Below, piece after piece: positions 39,001 to 51,600 of a stretch of DNA of 64,000 nucleotides. Made by a program: the position numbers and the translations under genes. The notes below the pieces were generated by a model. It was given only the letters and a program-made list of their open reading frames with translations, made no database searches and was not told the DNA's origin. Every line of letters begins with the position of its first letter. Position 1 is the first letter of the stretch. Source of the stretch: Ylistrum balloti (Eukaryota); the NCBI RefSeq assembly GCF_031769215.1, contig NW_026782932.1:186001-250000 (forward strand), read 5' to 3'.

Positions 39001-40594
39001 GTGTGAACATGTTTTATATAGGAGATTCCGTACTAGGAGTGTGAACATGTCTTATATAGGAGATTCCGTACTAGGAGTGTGAACATGTTTTATATAGGAG
39101 ATTCCGTACTAGGAGTGTGAACATGTTTTATATAGGAGATTCCGTACTAGGAGTGTGAACATGTTTTATATAAGAGATTCCGTACTAGGAGTGTGAACAT
39201 GTCTTATATAGGAGATTCCGTACTAAGAGTGTGAACATGTTTTATATAGGAGATTCCGTACTAGGAGTGTGAACATGTCTTATATAAGAGATTCCGTACT
39301 AGGAGTGTGAACATGTTTTATATAGGAGATTCCGTACTAGGAGTGTGAACATGTTTTATATAAGAGATTCCGTACTAGGAATATGAACATGTTTTATATA
39401 GGAGATTCCGAACTAGGAGTGTGAACATGTCTTATATAGGAGATTCTGTACTAGGAATGTGAACATGTTTTATATAGAAGATTCCGAACTAGGAGTGTGA
39501 ACATGTTTTATATAAAAGATTCCGTACAAGAAGTGGGAACATATTTTATATTAGCGATCCCGTACAAGAAGTGGGGACATATTTTATATAAGGGATCCCG
39601 TAATAATATGTTTGGTTTTATTAGCGGAGACGTGTCTCAAATAAGAAATTTCTTACTAATGTAGCCATGAGCATGTGTTCGCAATTTGGTTCAAAACTGA
39701 TATATCAAATCTTATTTGCCTCATATTTTTGCCGTTGAAGAGAAGGAATCGTATTATGTAATTATTTATCAAGTAGAATTCACAGGTTAAATATTCACCA
39801 AAATAAATAAGACAGAGGTGAAAAACAATTGTCATCTTTCAGTCCCCTAAATTATTGAAGGAAAGCACATATGTGGAAAATATATAAAATCCTTAGCGTA
39901 AAGTATGGGAAATTAAAGTTCAGTCAAAAATACATTACATTCAGTATTGCCAAAAGTTGCTTTAGTTCCGAACCTGACCATACAAACATGTGTTTCTGTC
40001 AATTGCGAATTTAAATGGAATATCTTATTTAGAAAAAAAATATGTATGTACGATTTCATACGAAAACATAAACATAATGATTTGTTATGTAAATGAAGGG
40101 ACACATACTGTGTCGCCTGTAAATGTTTATTGTGATTATTTTGATATCAAGTTATTCATCAGAAATAAGAAACCCAGTGTATACTGAACCAGTTAGTGTC
40201 TCAGAAATACCTCTGTTATATTGGTTTGGTTGTATATTGCTAATCTTTCTAGTAACAGATGTTCTTTAAGGATGGTCTCCATATAGGTGAAAAATGTTCG
40301 TGCTAACCTCCATAAAGTGTTATCACACTGAAGAATACTGTCGTTTACGATGACATGGTAATTAGTTCAACCATTGAATAATAGGAATAGGAATTGTATG
40401 TTTATAAAACTGATGAAATAATTTATTAATTAGTACTTCATGTTTGTCAGTATTTTTGGTTTACTATCGAAATTATACGAAGGACACTTTTCGATGCAAA
40501 TTCAAAATGACATACAGCATAGCAAAAAATCCTATACATTTGTTTTGTTTACAGGGTTACAGACGCCATTGGTGGCTTCGCACCAATAGGCTAA
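33030..40594 (+). CDS. C-type lectin gene B1 (EPN/WHD). Exons 33030-33084, 35060-35148, 35715-35805, 37551-37782, 40555-40594; ~168 aa
   Basis: Signal peptide MVPTTRCGFLILIVALVEG; CPDGF..SCY, WSQA, FWIAGND, EGTWEW, NWDDGEPNN, WHD, FVCE. Exon 5 VTDAIGGFAPIG stop is conserved in B2. Confidence 0.9.
34800..34892 (+). mobile_element. Possible 3' end of a LINE-like element
   Basis: AATAAA followed by a short repeated (acttgaa) tail, inside an ~860-bp segment present only in unit 1. Confidence 0.3.
35225..35470. repeat. 41-bp minisatellite in B1 intron 2, ~6 units
   Basis: Unit ggagagttggagtatggtgtagataacaaaacgtctgacat. Confidence 0.92.
36283..36362 (+). mobile_element. Paralogous SINE head in B1 intron 3, B-box deleted
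   Basis: A-box TGGCGCAGTGG at 36288; the segment holding the B-box in the B2 copy is missing. Confidence 0.55.
37885..39600. repeat. 38-bp minisatellite in B1 intron 4, ~45 units
   Basis: Unit gagattccgtactaggagtgtgaacatgttttatataa. Confidence 0.95.
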
Positions 40595-42234
40595 TCATCG
40601 AGATGTCACGTGCTTTCATGCCTCGCGCTCACTGTGATGTACCCAGAGTTTGTTATATTAAACAATACATGGTATTTGGAATCAAATGTTGTTGTGTTGT
40701 AGTTGATGTTTTAGTTGCATGAATTTAAAATGGAAGTATGTTTTGACTTGGATTCCAAATTGTGGATAAAATCCGTTTTAGAATAAACGGTAATCCTCTT
40801 TTGGTTAACTTGTTTTTTATTTACAACGCACCTGAATTGATCAAAATAACTACAAAGCCCATGGCAAATCACTTTTAGATATATTCGTGACGTTTCGTCT
40901 TTAAATATCGCATTAAGCCACCAGAATTAGGAATCAAGGACACGGCGATCTCTACGTCAGCCGATTATATTTCTCTACAACGAAACCAACAAGGATATTT
41001 TCCCATTCTTTTGATAAACGCGATAAATTCAAATTTGCTATTGTGAATTATATATTTCTGGATAGCAATAGTCCTGCATTATCAATCTATGATATTCACA
41101 TGTCACAGTTGATTCGATATTCTAGGGATTGTATCTTGATTTCCGTGCAAGATGTCGGCAAGTGACAGATGAATTCACAATGCCAAGTTTCTAGAGATGC
41201 ATGTTGATGAAAACTATAGGTAAGTTTGTACGGCTGTTTCAATGAGCTCATCAAGAAGTATTCTATTTCTTCTTGTGTAATGAAGTTGGGCATGGACGAT
41301 GCTCGTTAGTTTGGTCTTTAATTCCGTTGTTTGTATACATTGTTTTCACGTGAGAACATGACATTATTTACTTGGATTGTCCAAGATTTACACGGCGGCT
41401 GTCGTCGATGAAGCCGAAGACGCTTACCCTTACGGATCAGCTGGTCTTATCGTCCTTGAATTTTTCCAGGTGTATGAATTTAAACGTACTTTCCCACAAT
41501 ACATTTTATCCGGAATGTGAATAGATTTTATTCCAGTCCGTAAAGGTTATCTGTCTGCATTGTGCTAACAATCAACAGGGACGTTCAATTGCTACACGAG
41601 AAAACTAGCCCTTGTGCGCTGTCAGATATACATTAGAGTCCTGTCGTTTAAATGTTTTTATCTTACTGACTTTCTGTTGGTGCATCCGATCTAAACAAGC
41701 TCGCATATAAGTGGTCTGATAGTTTTGTACTAATGGCAAATAGTGCCATTTATGGTATGTACCGTTATCGTGTCAGATATCGTATAACTGGACTGGTATA
41801 TCTGAGTAGTCATTCAATAGAACAAAAATATTCCTGTCTGAATTTACACAACAAAAATGTTCGAACCGTTTCATCATGTACATGTAATACAAAAAACTGA
41901 TATAAAGCATAGTTGATGGCCAACGTTTGTTGAATGATATACATGTGGTATAAAGTTCCACCGAGTCTGACCTTACAGTCATGAAGTATTGATGAACCAT
42001 GATGATAATGATTAACATAGAACCTAATGAGGTATACTTGTACATTGTACTTATTATTCAGCAAACAATGCATTAGATGAGGTATTACAATTCATGATAG
42101 GTAAAATTCGCTGCTTTTCTACATAAAATTCTCAATCACGATTCGAAATAGTTTAATTTACAGATTAATATAATAAGAAATCTTAATGATGATTGGAAAA
42201 CAAGCTTGAAGCTTATATCAAGTCCTCTCAAGTT

Positions 42235-42600
42235 AAAACTGTAGGGTTACATAGTGCCGAACACAAGGTAAAACTGAACGGCTACAGTGTGCCGAACACA
42301 AGTGCCAAACACAAGTGCCGAACACAAGATAAAACTGAACGGTTACAGTGTGCAGAACACAAGTGCCGAATACAAGGTAAAACTGTGATGTTACAGTGTG
42401 CCGAACACAAGTTAAAACTGTACGGTTACAGTGTGCGGAATACAAGTTAAAACTGTACGGTTACAGTGTGCCGAACACAAGTTAAAACTGTACGGTTACA
42501 GTGTGCCGAATACAAGATAAAACTGTACGGTTACAGTTTGCCGAGCACAAGTTAAAACTGTACGGTAACAGTGTGCCGAACACAAGTTAAAACTGTACGG
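42235..42600. repeat. 35-bp minisatellite, ~10 units, cut by the duplication junction
   Basis: Unit acagtgtgccgaacacaagttaaaactgtacggtt. Confidence 0.93.
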
Positions 42601-43066
42601 CGGTAACGACACAGACTATGACGAAGAACACTGCGCGGAAATGTCGCAGAAAAATAACTGGCAGTGGAATGACAACGGATGTGAGGAGGAGAAGCATTTC
42701 GTTTGTGAAATGATGTGAGCAAAGTAGAAAACGTAACGAAAGGGACACGATTCCCTATGTACCTATTTGTATTTATGATTGTTTTGTTTTTTATTAAAGG
42801 AATGAGCTATCTCGCGTACTGACCTAATGAAACTATCATTGTTGAATACCAGTTAAATAAAAGATTTATGAACAAAATGAGCATTCAAACTCAGAACCGA
42901 TACAACTTTGGTAAAATATTAACCCAAAACGCGAATAGGACGACTAGATGTTCCATCATGGTCAGCTATGACTTTTTAACACGTGTTCTAATACAGGGCC
43001 GAAGAGAAAATAACATTAAAGCCACCGTTACAAACTGTGATACTATGTTTCAGTGACGAAGAATAG
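42599..43066 (+). pseudogene. 5'-truncated copy of CTL gene A (3' half of exon 4, intron 4, exon 5)
   Basis: 42599-42714 matches 27742-27857 with 4 substitutions. No acceptor or upstream exons; fused directly to the 35-bp minisatellite. Confidence 0.85.
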
Positions 43067-43744
43067 TGAATGACCACAACTTTGTTACATGTGACCTACC
43101 ATTAAGGTATACAAATTTTGTACTGATCTGAATAGCACAACAATGTATACTTAACATTTTTAATATCTGAGGCACTTTAACGGAATTTCTCTTCTTTGAT
43201 ATCACACATCACACACTATTAGATATTTCTTATGCCAGCTTAAGACACACGAGTATAACTAATAATTTCAGTATAAGCCCTCAAGTACATCGCCTTCTTT
43301 ATTATACAGTATACGACATCCATGAATTGTATTCTCTATAATATCAGCATGTGACAAAGATGTTAGATATTAATTGGTATGTATAGTTCTTAATAATTGA
43401 TTTGCATAATCTTTGTCATATTACCTTATGGTACATTGTAACCCACTGCATAATATTATATTAGCCATATTAGCATATGACAAACGTTTATTTCTCACTA
43501 GATATAAATATCATATGACGCAATTGAATTATGTTCCTTTTGTTAATACTTTGCTTTATTTTACAGGACCATGCTAATCAAGATCAAAATACAATTTGCA
43601 ATTCAGCATGCTACAAATTATATAGAAAATAAAATTAATCCTTCATATCTTTGTTCTTGACTTTATTATATGAAAAGATCCTTGCACCTGAAATAGTCAT
43701 TTAATGACCATACAAATAAGTTACTTTCCTTCCATTCACTGACC

Positions 43745-46700
43745 ATGGAGGTAGGTTACCTTTACCTTCCCTTAGTTTATAACTGGCCATGAAGGTAGAT
43801 TACCTTTACCTTCCTATAGTTAATAACTGGCCATGAAGGTAGGTTACCTTTACCTTCCCATAGTTTATAACTGGCTATGAAGGTAGGTTACCTTTACCTT
43901 CCCATAGTTAATAACTGGCCATGAAGGTAGGTTACTTTTATCTTTCCATAGTTAATAACTGGCCGTGAAGTTAGGTTACCTTTACCTTCCCATAGTTAAT
44001 AACTGGCCATGAAGGTAGGTTACCTTTACCTTCCCATAGTTAATTACTGGCAATGGAGGTAGGTTACCTTTACCTTCCCATAGTTAATAACTGGTCATGA
44101 AGGTAGGTTATTCGTACCTTCCCATAGTTAATAACTGGCAATGAGGTAGGTCACCTTTACCTTCTCATAGTTAATAACTGGCCATGAAGGTAGGTAACCT
44201 TTACCTTCCCATAGTTAATAACTGGCAATGAGGTAGATTACCTTTACCTTCCCATAGATAATAACTGACCGTGAAGGTAAGTAACCTTTACCTTCCCATA
44301 GTTAATAACTGGTCAAGAAAGTAGGTTACTCGTACCTTCCCATAGTTAATAACTGGCCGTGAAGGTAGGTTACCTTAACCTTCCCATAGTTAATAACTGG
44401 CAATGGAGGTAGGTTACCTTTACCTTCCCCTAGTTAATATTTGACCATGAAGGTAGATTATCTTTACCTTCCCATAGTTCCATAGTTAATAATTGGCCAT
44501 GAAGGTATGTTACCTTTACCTTCACATAGTTAATAACTGGCCATGGAGTATTTGACCATGAAGGTAGATTACCCTTACCTTCCCATAGTTAATAACTGGC
44601 CATGAAGGTATGTTACCTTTACCTTCACATAGTTAATAACTTGCCATGAAGGTATGTTACTTTTATCTTCCCATAGTTAATAACTGGCCATGATAGTAGA
44701 TTACTTTTACTTTCCCCTAGTTAATATTTGACCATTAAGGTAGGTTACCTTTACCTTCCCATAGTTAATGACTGACCATGAAGTTAGGTTACCTTTACCT
44801 TCCGGAAGTTAATAATTGGTCATGAAGGTATGTTACCTTTACCTTCCCATAGTTAATAACTGGTCATGAAGATAGGTTACTCGTACCTTCCCATAGTTAA
44901 TAACTGGCAATGGAGGTAGGTTACCTTTACCTTCCTATAGTTAATAACTGGCCATGAAGGTAGATTACCTTTACTTCCCCATAGTTAATAACTGGCCGTG
45001 AAGTTAGGTTACCTTTACCTTCCCATAGTTAATAACTGGCCATGAAGGTAGGTTACCTTTACCTTCCCATAGTTAATTACTGGCAATGGAGGTAGGTTAC
45101 CTTTACCTTCCCATAGTTAATAACTGGTCATGAAGGTAGGTTATTCGTACCTTCCGATAGTTAATAACTGGCAATGAGGTAGGTCACCTTTACCTTCTCA
45201 TAGTTAATAACTGGCCATGAAGGTAGGTAACATTTACCTTCCCATAGTTAATAACTGGCCATGAGGTAGATTACCTTTACCTTCCCATAGATAATAACTG
45301 ACCGTGAAGGTAAGTAACCTTTACCTTCCCATAGTTAATAACTGGTCATGAAAGTAGGTTACTCGTACCTTCCCATAGTTAATAACTGGCCGTGAAGGTA
45401 GGTTACCTTAACCTTCCCATAGTTAATAACTGGCAATGGAGGTAGGTTACCTTTACCTTCCGAAAGTTAATAATTGGTCAAGAAGGTAGATTACCCTTAC
45501 CTTCCCATAGTTAATAACTGGCCATGAAGGTAGGTAACCTTTACCTTCCCATAGTTAATAACTGGCCATGGAGGTAGATTACCTTTACCTTCCCCTAGTT
45601 AATATTTGACCATGAAGGTAGATTACCTTTACCTTCCCATAGTTAATAACTGGCCATGAAGGTAGAGTACCTTTATCTTCCCATAGTTAATAACTGGCCA
45701 TGAAGTTAGATTACCTTTACTTCCCCATAGTTAATAACTGACCATGAAGGTAGATTACCTTTACTTTCCCCTAGGTAATAACTGACCATGAAGGTAGATT
45801 AACTTTTCCTTCCCATAGTTAATGACTGACCATGAAGTTAGGTTACCTTTACCTTCCCATAGTTAATAACTGGCCATGAAGGTAGGTTACCTTTACTTCC
45901 CCATAGTTAATAACTGGCCATGAAGGTAGGTTACCTTTACCTTCCCATAGTTAATAACTGGCCATGAAGGTATGTTACTTTTATCTTCCCATAGTTAATA
46001 ACTGGCCATGAAGGGAGGTTACTCGTACCTTCCCATAGTTAATAACTGGCCGTGAAGGTAGGTTACCTTAACCTTCCCATAGTTAATAACTGGCAATGGA
46101 GGTAGGTTACCTTTACCTTCCGAAAGTTAATAATTGGTCAAGAAGGTAGATTACCCTTACCTTCCCATAGTTAATAACTGGCCATGAAGGTAGGTAACCT
46201 TTACCTTCCCATAGTTAATAACTGGCCATGGAGGTAGATTACCTTTACCTTCCCCTAGTTAATATTTGACCATGAAGGTAGATTATCTTTACCTTCCCAT
46301 AGTTCCATAGTTAATAACTGGCCATGAAGGTAGATTACCTTTACTTCCCCATAGTTAATAACTGGCCATGAAGGTAGGTTACCTTTACCTTCCCATAGTT
46401 AATAACTGACCACGAAGGTAGATTACCTTTACTTTCCCCTAGTTAATAACTGACCATGAAGGTAGATTACCTTTACCTTCCCATAGTTAATAACTGGCCA
46501 TGAAGGTAGAGTACCTTTATCTTCCCATAGTTAATAACTGGCCATGAAGTTAGATTACCTTTACTTCCCCATAGTTAATAACTGACCATGAAGGTAGATT
46601 ACCTTTACTTTCCCCTAGGTAATAACAGACCATGAAGGTAGATTAACTTTTCCTTCCCATAGTTAATGACTGACCATGAAGTTAGGTTACCTTTACCTTC

Positions 46701-47113
46701 CCATAGTTAATAACTGGCCATGAAGGTAGGTTACCTTTACTTCCCCATAGTTAATAACTGGCCATGAAGGTAGGTTACCTTTACCTTCCCATAGTTAATA
46801 ACTGGCCATGAAGGTATGTTACTTTTATCTTCCCATAGTTAATAACTGGCCATGAAGGGAGGTTACTCGTACCTTCCCATAGTTAGTAACTGGCCATGGA
46901 GGTAGATTACCTTTACTTTCCCCTAGTTAATATTTGACCATGAAGGTAGGTTACCTTTACCTTCCCATAGTTAATAACTGGCCATGAAGGTAGAGGACCT
47001 TTACCTTCCCATAGTTAATAACTGGTCATGAAGTTAGATTACCTTTACTTCCCCATAGTTAATAACTGGCCATGAAGGTAGGTTACCTTTACCTTCCCAT
47101 AGTTAATAACTGG
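43745..47113. repeat. 44-bp minisatellite, ~76 units, upstream of B2
   Basis: Unit aaggtaggttacctttaccttcccatagttaataactggccatg. Confidence 0.96.
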
Positions 47114-48633
47114 ATATTTGACAAGAAAGGTCAGTTTCTTCCTCTCCCATAAAATGTTTGTCACTTTTCCCTCAAGTTGTTTCTAACTAAACATTAAGGT
47201 AAGAAAAAAAGTTATTTATTCATCATTCGCGTACCTTTATTTCTCTTTTTTTCTACAATGGAATTCAATCAGGAAAACTTTCCACCAAAAAGATTACCAG
47301 GTCTCTAGGCATATAAACATGTTCTATGTATTCTTGACATCAGCCACTTTTATGTCAACATATGATACTTTTACATATTACATTTGCTTAACTTTTTTCC
47401 AAAGCCAAATGTTTATTTCAGCTGAATAGCTAGATTAATGTCAATGAGTCGACCTTTATCAATTACATCACTACCTAGATTACGTTGAGACTACCTAAAG
47501 ATAACATCAGTAAGACAACGATCAGTTCTGGACAACCATGGAGTAAAGGTTAATAAGGACATTAGGGACATTTAATGTCATACAGCATCCATCGTTATCT
47601 TTTACTTTGGCAAATAAAGAAAAGTATTTGGAGAAAACAAACATTAAATCGCTACAAGACAGCTTAAACTTATATTGTATTATCAGTCGCTTTTGTGAAA
47701 TGTTTCATCTTAATCCTTTTTCGGTTATTGTCTCTTTCTGTTACCTTTGCCATTTAACTTGTTTATGAATAGAGTTGAAAATGATATCGTCAAGTTAAGC
47801 AATGTTAAATTGTTATCTGATATTTCTGCTTAAAATTCCATGCGAGAAAACGACACAATTTAATACACTACAAAAGGTATTTTAAAATAATCAGCCAATA
47901 TTGTTGTGATTATGCATTGATTGTAAGCTACGGAACTGCTCTAAAATAAGATAACCGCCAAAACCGGTACGTTTACGGGATCCCTTAATATACATTGTGT
48001 TTGAAAGGTACAACTCGCTTTCCATTATCTATAATGATGACATGTAACGATCACACGATGACATCATTCCAGATGAGTTGCTGAGGCCTGTTTCAAAGTT
48101 AATGGTGAAACATTAAGAGTTAAACAAAAAACTAGTGGAACTAAAAAGTGTTTTGACGTTTTCCGAAATCGATTAATGGTTGATATCATTCCTAACTTAA
48201 TTTAAAATATCAAATTTGATTAACCCTAAAACTTTCTTTTTTATTATGGACAGATTGGTGTTGATGAAAAAGTCAAGTTACATGTACATTTTGTAAATGA
48301 AATCGTTCCAGTCATCAAAAACGAGACAGAGAAATGGACACTAAGCAGAATCGAAGTAGGTTATCTAATGTATCACGTGTTAACGCCTATGTAACACTAG
48401 TCGAAAATGATAAACAATTTCCTTTTAAAATATGGTCTTATTTACTGTGCACATAGTATAACGAATGATGTTTTAGCAATTAGTTGGAGTTTCTTCGTTA
48501 ATGAGCATAAACCCTTGATAAGCTTCGGAATTTGTGCCAAGTCGATTGGTTATTGACACCAAGATTAAATGCCTATACAACAATATAGAAATATGTCGGT
48601 TTCCAACCTTCACAAACAAGATAAGAAGTAAAC

Positions 48634-51600
48634 ATGGCGTCGACAACACGTTGTGGTATTCTCATCCTGATTGTAGCACTAGTTGAAGGTAATCGTTTAA
48701 ATTTAGAAAACAACTTGGCACCAATATCACCAAATAACAATCCATTGTCGTGATTGGGAAAAAAAATGTGTTTGATTTGATTTTTCATGGCTTGAGAGAC
48801 GGGATGACTAGATGACTAGGGCTGTTTAAATGACGCTGTACATCCAATTTTGCGATTTCAAAACGCAAACTCTACCCGGTGATATTTTTTGCGATCAATA
48901 CACTTTCTTATATTTCATGTATATTGTATGTAATATGTCATGATATTCTAGCGCGCGTGTGAAATTTATGTGATCGTATTTTCACGTTAACAGTATATAT
49001 AGATATATAATGAAAGCTGTCTGTTCAGAAGGTTCTACATTAAATATCAGTAGACCACACTATAACAAGGGTTATGAAGTCTTCCAAATGGGGTCTTCTT
49101 CTTCTTATTAATATTATAATCATTATTCCCGCGACACTAGTTTCAGAAATCGTCCGTTCGATTGAAACGACACTTTGCACGAGCATAGATGGTAGTGCAG
49201 AGTTGTTCATTCTGCGATTCTTTTTTCCGACATCAAACATGGCGGCCAGAGCCTGTGATTGGTTAAAGCGTAACAGTCTATAACTAAAACACTGTTTGTC
49301 AGATTTAAATGAAACTTGGTGTGAATATTGATGACCATATCATTTTATTTTTTAAAAATCCAAGATGGCCACCACAGAAAGTAAACTTTAAATGTTTTCC
49401 AGTTTTGATGAAAATTTAACAGGTGTAGTCTTAAACAAGGAACACAACGAAACAATCAGTTTTAATAACAAAAATGTTTGTTAAACTTTGAAACTTTGAT
49501 ATTGTTAATGGTGTGTGTCAAGGGTCTTGCCTGCGTTGATAATCAATTGATGTTATCTATTGTCAGTGTCGTCTACAAGAGTCTGGTGACTGGCCACTGG
49601 TTTACATCAGTCATGCATGACTGACTCTCTAGTTTAAAGTATGTACATCATGCCGTGTAGAAAGGTCTTGCGAAAGCGGGTGTAGTTTTGGGACTTTTGG
49701 AACGGTTTCCGTTACAGTTAGAACTTATTACGATTGACATTGTGTTGTCTATCTAGATTGGTTTACATTGGAATTGTTCTGAAATAAATTGCTAATATTA
49801 CTTCTCTATCAGTTGTTTCAGTTAATGGTGATTGTCCAGATGGTTTCATGAAACATAATTTGTCTTGCTACGACATTCCTCACGTGAAAGCAGACTGGTC
49901 TCAGGCAACGGTAATCACTTATCATATGTGCTATCTGAAAATCATGTAAGGACTTTAAATTCACAATGAAACGTGAAAGTGTATGGAGTTGGATATGGCG
50001 TAGAGAGTTGGAGTATGTTGTAGATAACAAAACGTCAGACATGGAGAGTTGGAGTATGGTGTAGATAACAAAACGTCTGACATGGAGAGTTGGAGTATGT
50101 TGTAGATAACAAAACGTCAGACATGGAGAGTTGGAGTATGGTGTAGATAACAAAACGTCTGACATGGAGAGTTGGAGTATGGTGTAGATAACAAAACGTC
50201 TGACATGTAGAGTTGAAGTATGGTGTAGATAACAACGTCTGACATTGAGAGTTGGAGTGTGGTTCAGTTAACGAAACGTCTGGGATGGAGAGTTGGAGTG
50301 TGGTGTAGATAACAAAACGTCTGACAATAGAAGCAACCATGTACTAAAACTGACCACCATTGTATCGGTGCGTACGAACACATTTTCTATATTCAGAGAA
50401 AATCCAATCAAATTTTCAGTGGAGCATTTTCCTGTATCAATATTAAGTTACAGGACTCTAACGTATCTAATTTTACGTTTTGTAAAGTGCTATTGACTGT
50501 CTTTAGGACTCTCTTGTTTATACGGGTTAACTTTTATTTTGTCCTTACTTAATCACCAGGTAGTTTGTAATGAACTCAATGGTCACCTACTGGAGCTCGA
50601 TGACGCGGCAGAAGAAAGCTTCGTACATGGTTTCCTTTCTTTGCACTGGAGTGAGTAGAACATGTTAACATTTTCTATCATAAAACAATTAAGTTTATTA
50701 AAGACAAACAATAAAACAAGGAAAAATAATCATCAAAAGAAATTTGAAAAAAAAGAGAAATGGGAAGAAAAGATCAAAGTTAATCAATAGCTCGTCTGTA
50801 ATACGTCCCGACTGGAAATGACGCAATAACCTACATACTGCCGAATCTTCACCTCGAACGGACCAAAAGGGACATCTACTGCACCTGCTGAACCAGTACG
50901 AGTGACTACTTCCCAATATCAGTAACCCATGGTCAAGTATTGATAGCTACCTGGGATTATCCATTATCTCGGATACCTGAATTGTTTTCCTATGAAGATA
51001 ATTTGTGAATTTTTGGCTCAATATCAGCCAAATGTAATGTGAAAAGAAATGGGGACCTACTTTATTTCAGAAATTTCGTAATTAAGTAGGGAGTGAATTT
51101 CATCTAAGAGATTATATAGTGATAGTATGTATGTTTCAACATAACATAGCATAATCAGAGAAAGTAGAAACCCTGAAACCTTGGTAAGTCATGCACCAGT
51201 TTGTAGTCTGGTGGCACAGTGGTTAACTCCCTTGCCTTTCACCTAGCCGTCCGCAGTTCGATTCCCGGAACGGACGTGAAAAGTTAAGGGATCACCTGCA
51301 ATTGCGAAACAAGTTATTTCAACTTATACTAATCAATCTTGTATGCCGGATGTAAATGCATGTGTTGAATAATCAAATACCGTCTAAAAATATTTTCTAT
51401 GTAATCTACGTATGTGTTTCCTATGTGTTTCAAGGAATAGTATGTTTAAACGTGTCATTTGGTAAACCAGGAAAAATCTGACATACATTTTTTACGCAAA
51501 AGAGGAGAATTCTTCTTGCATGGATTTTTTTCTAAATACAATGACAACTGAAATCACAAGTTGTTATGAATGCACATGTACAAATAGAAAAATGAAAACA

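Noticed and set aside
51205-51275. Possible tRNA gene
   Set aside because: A and B boxes are present but no full cloverleaf or acceptor stem can be formed; better explained as a SINE head.
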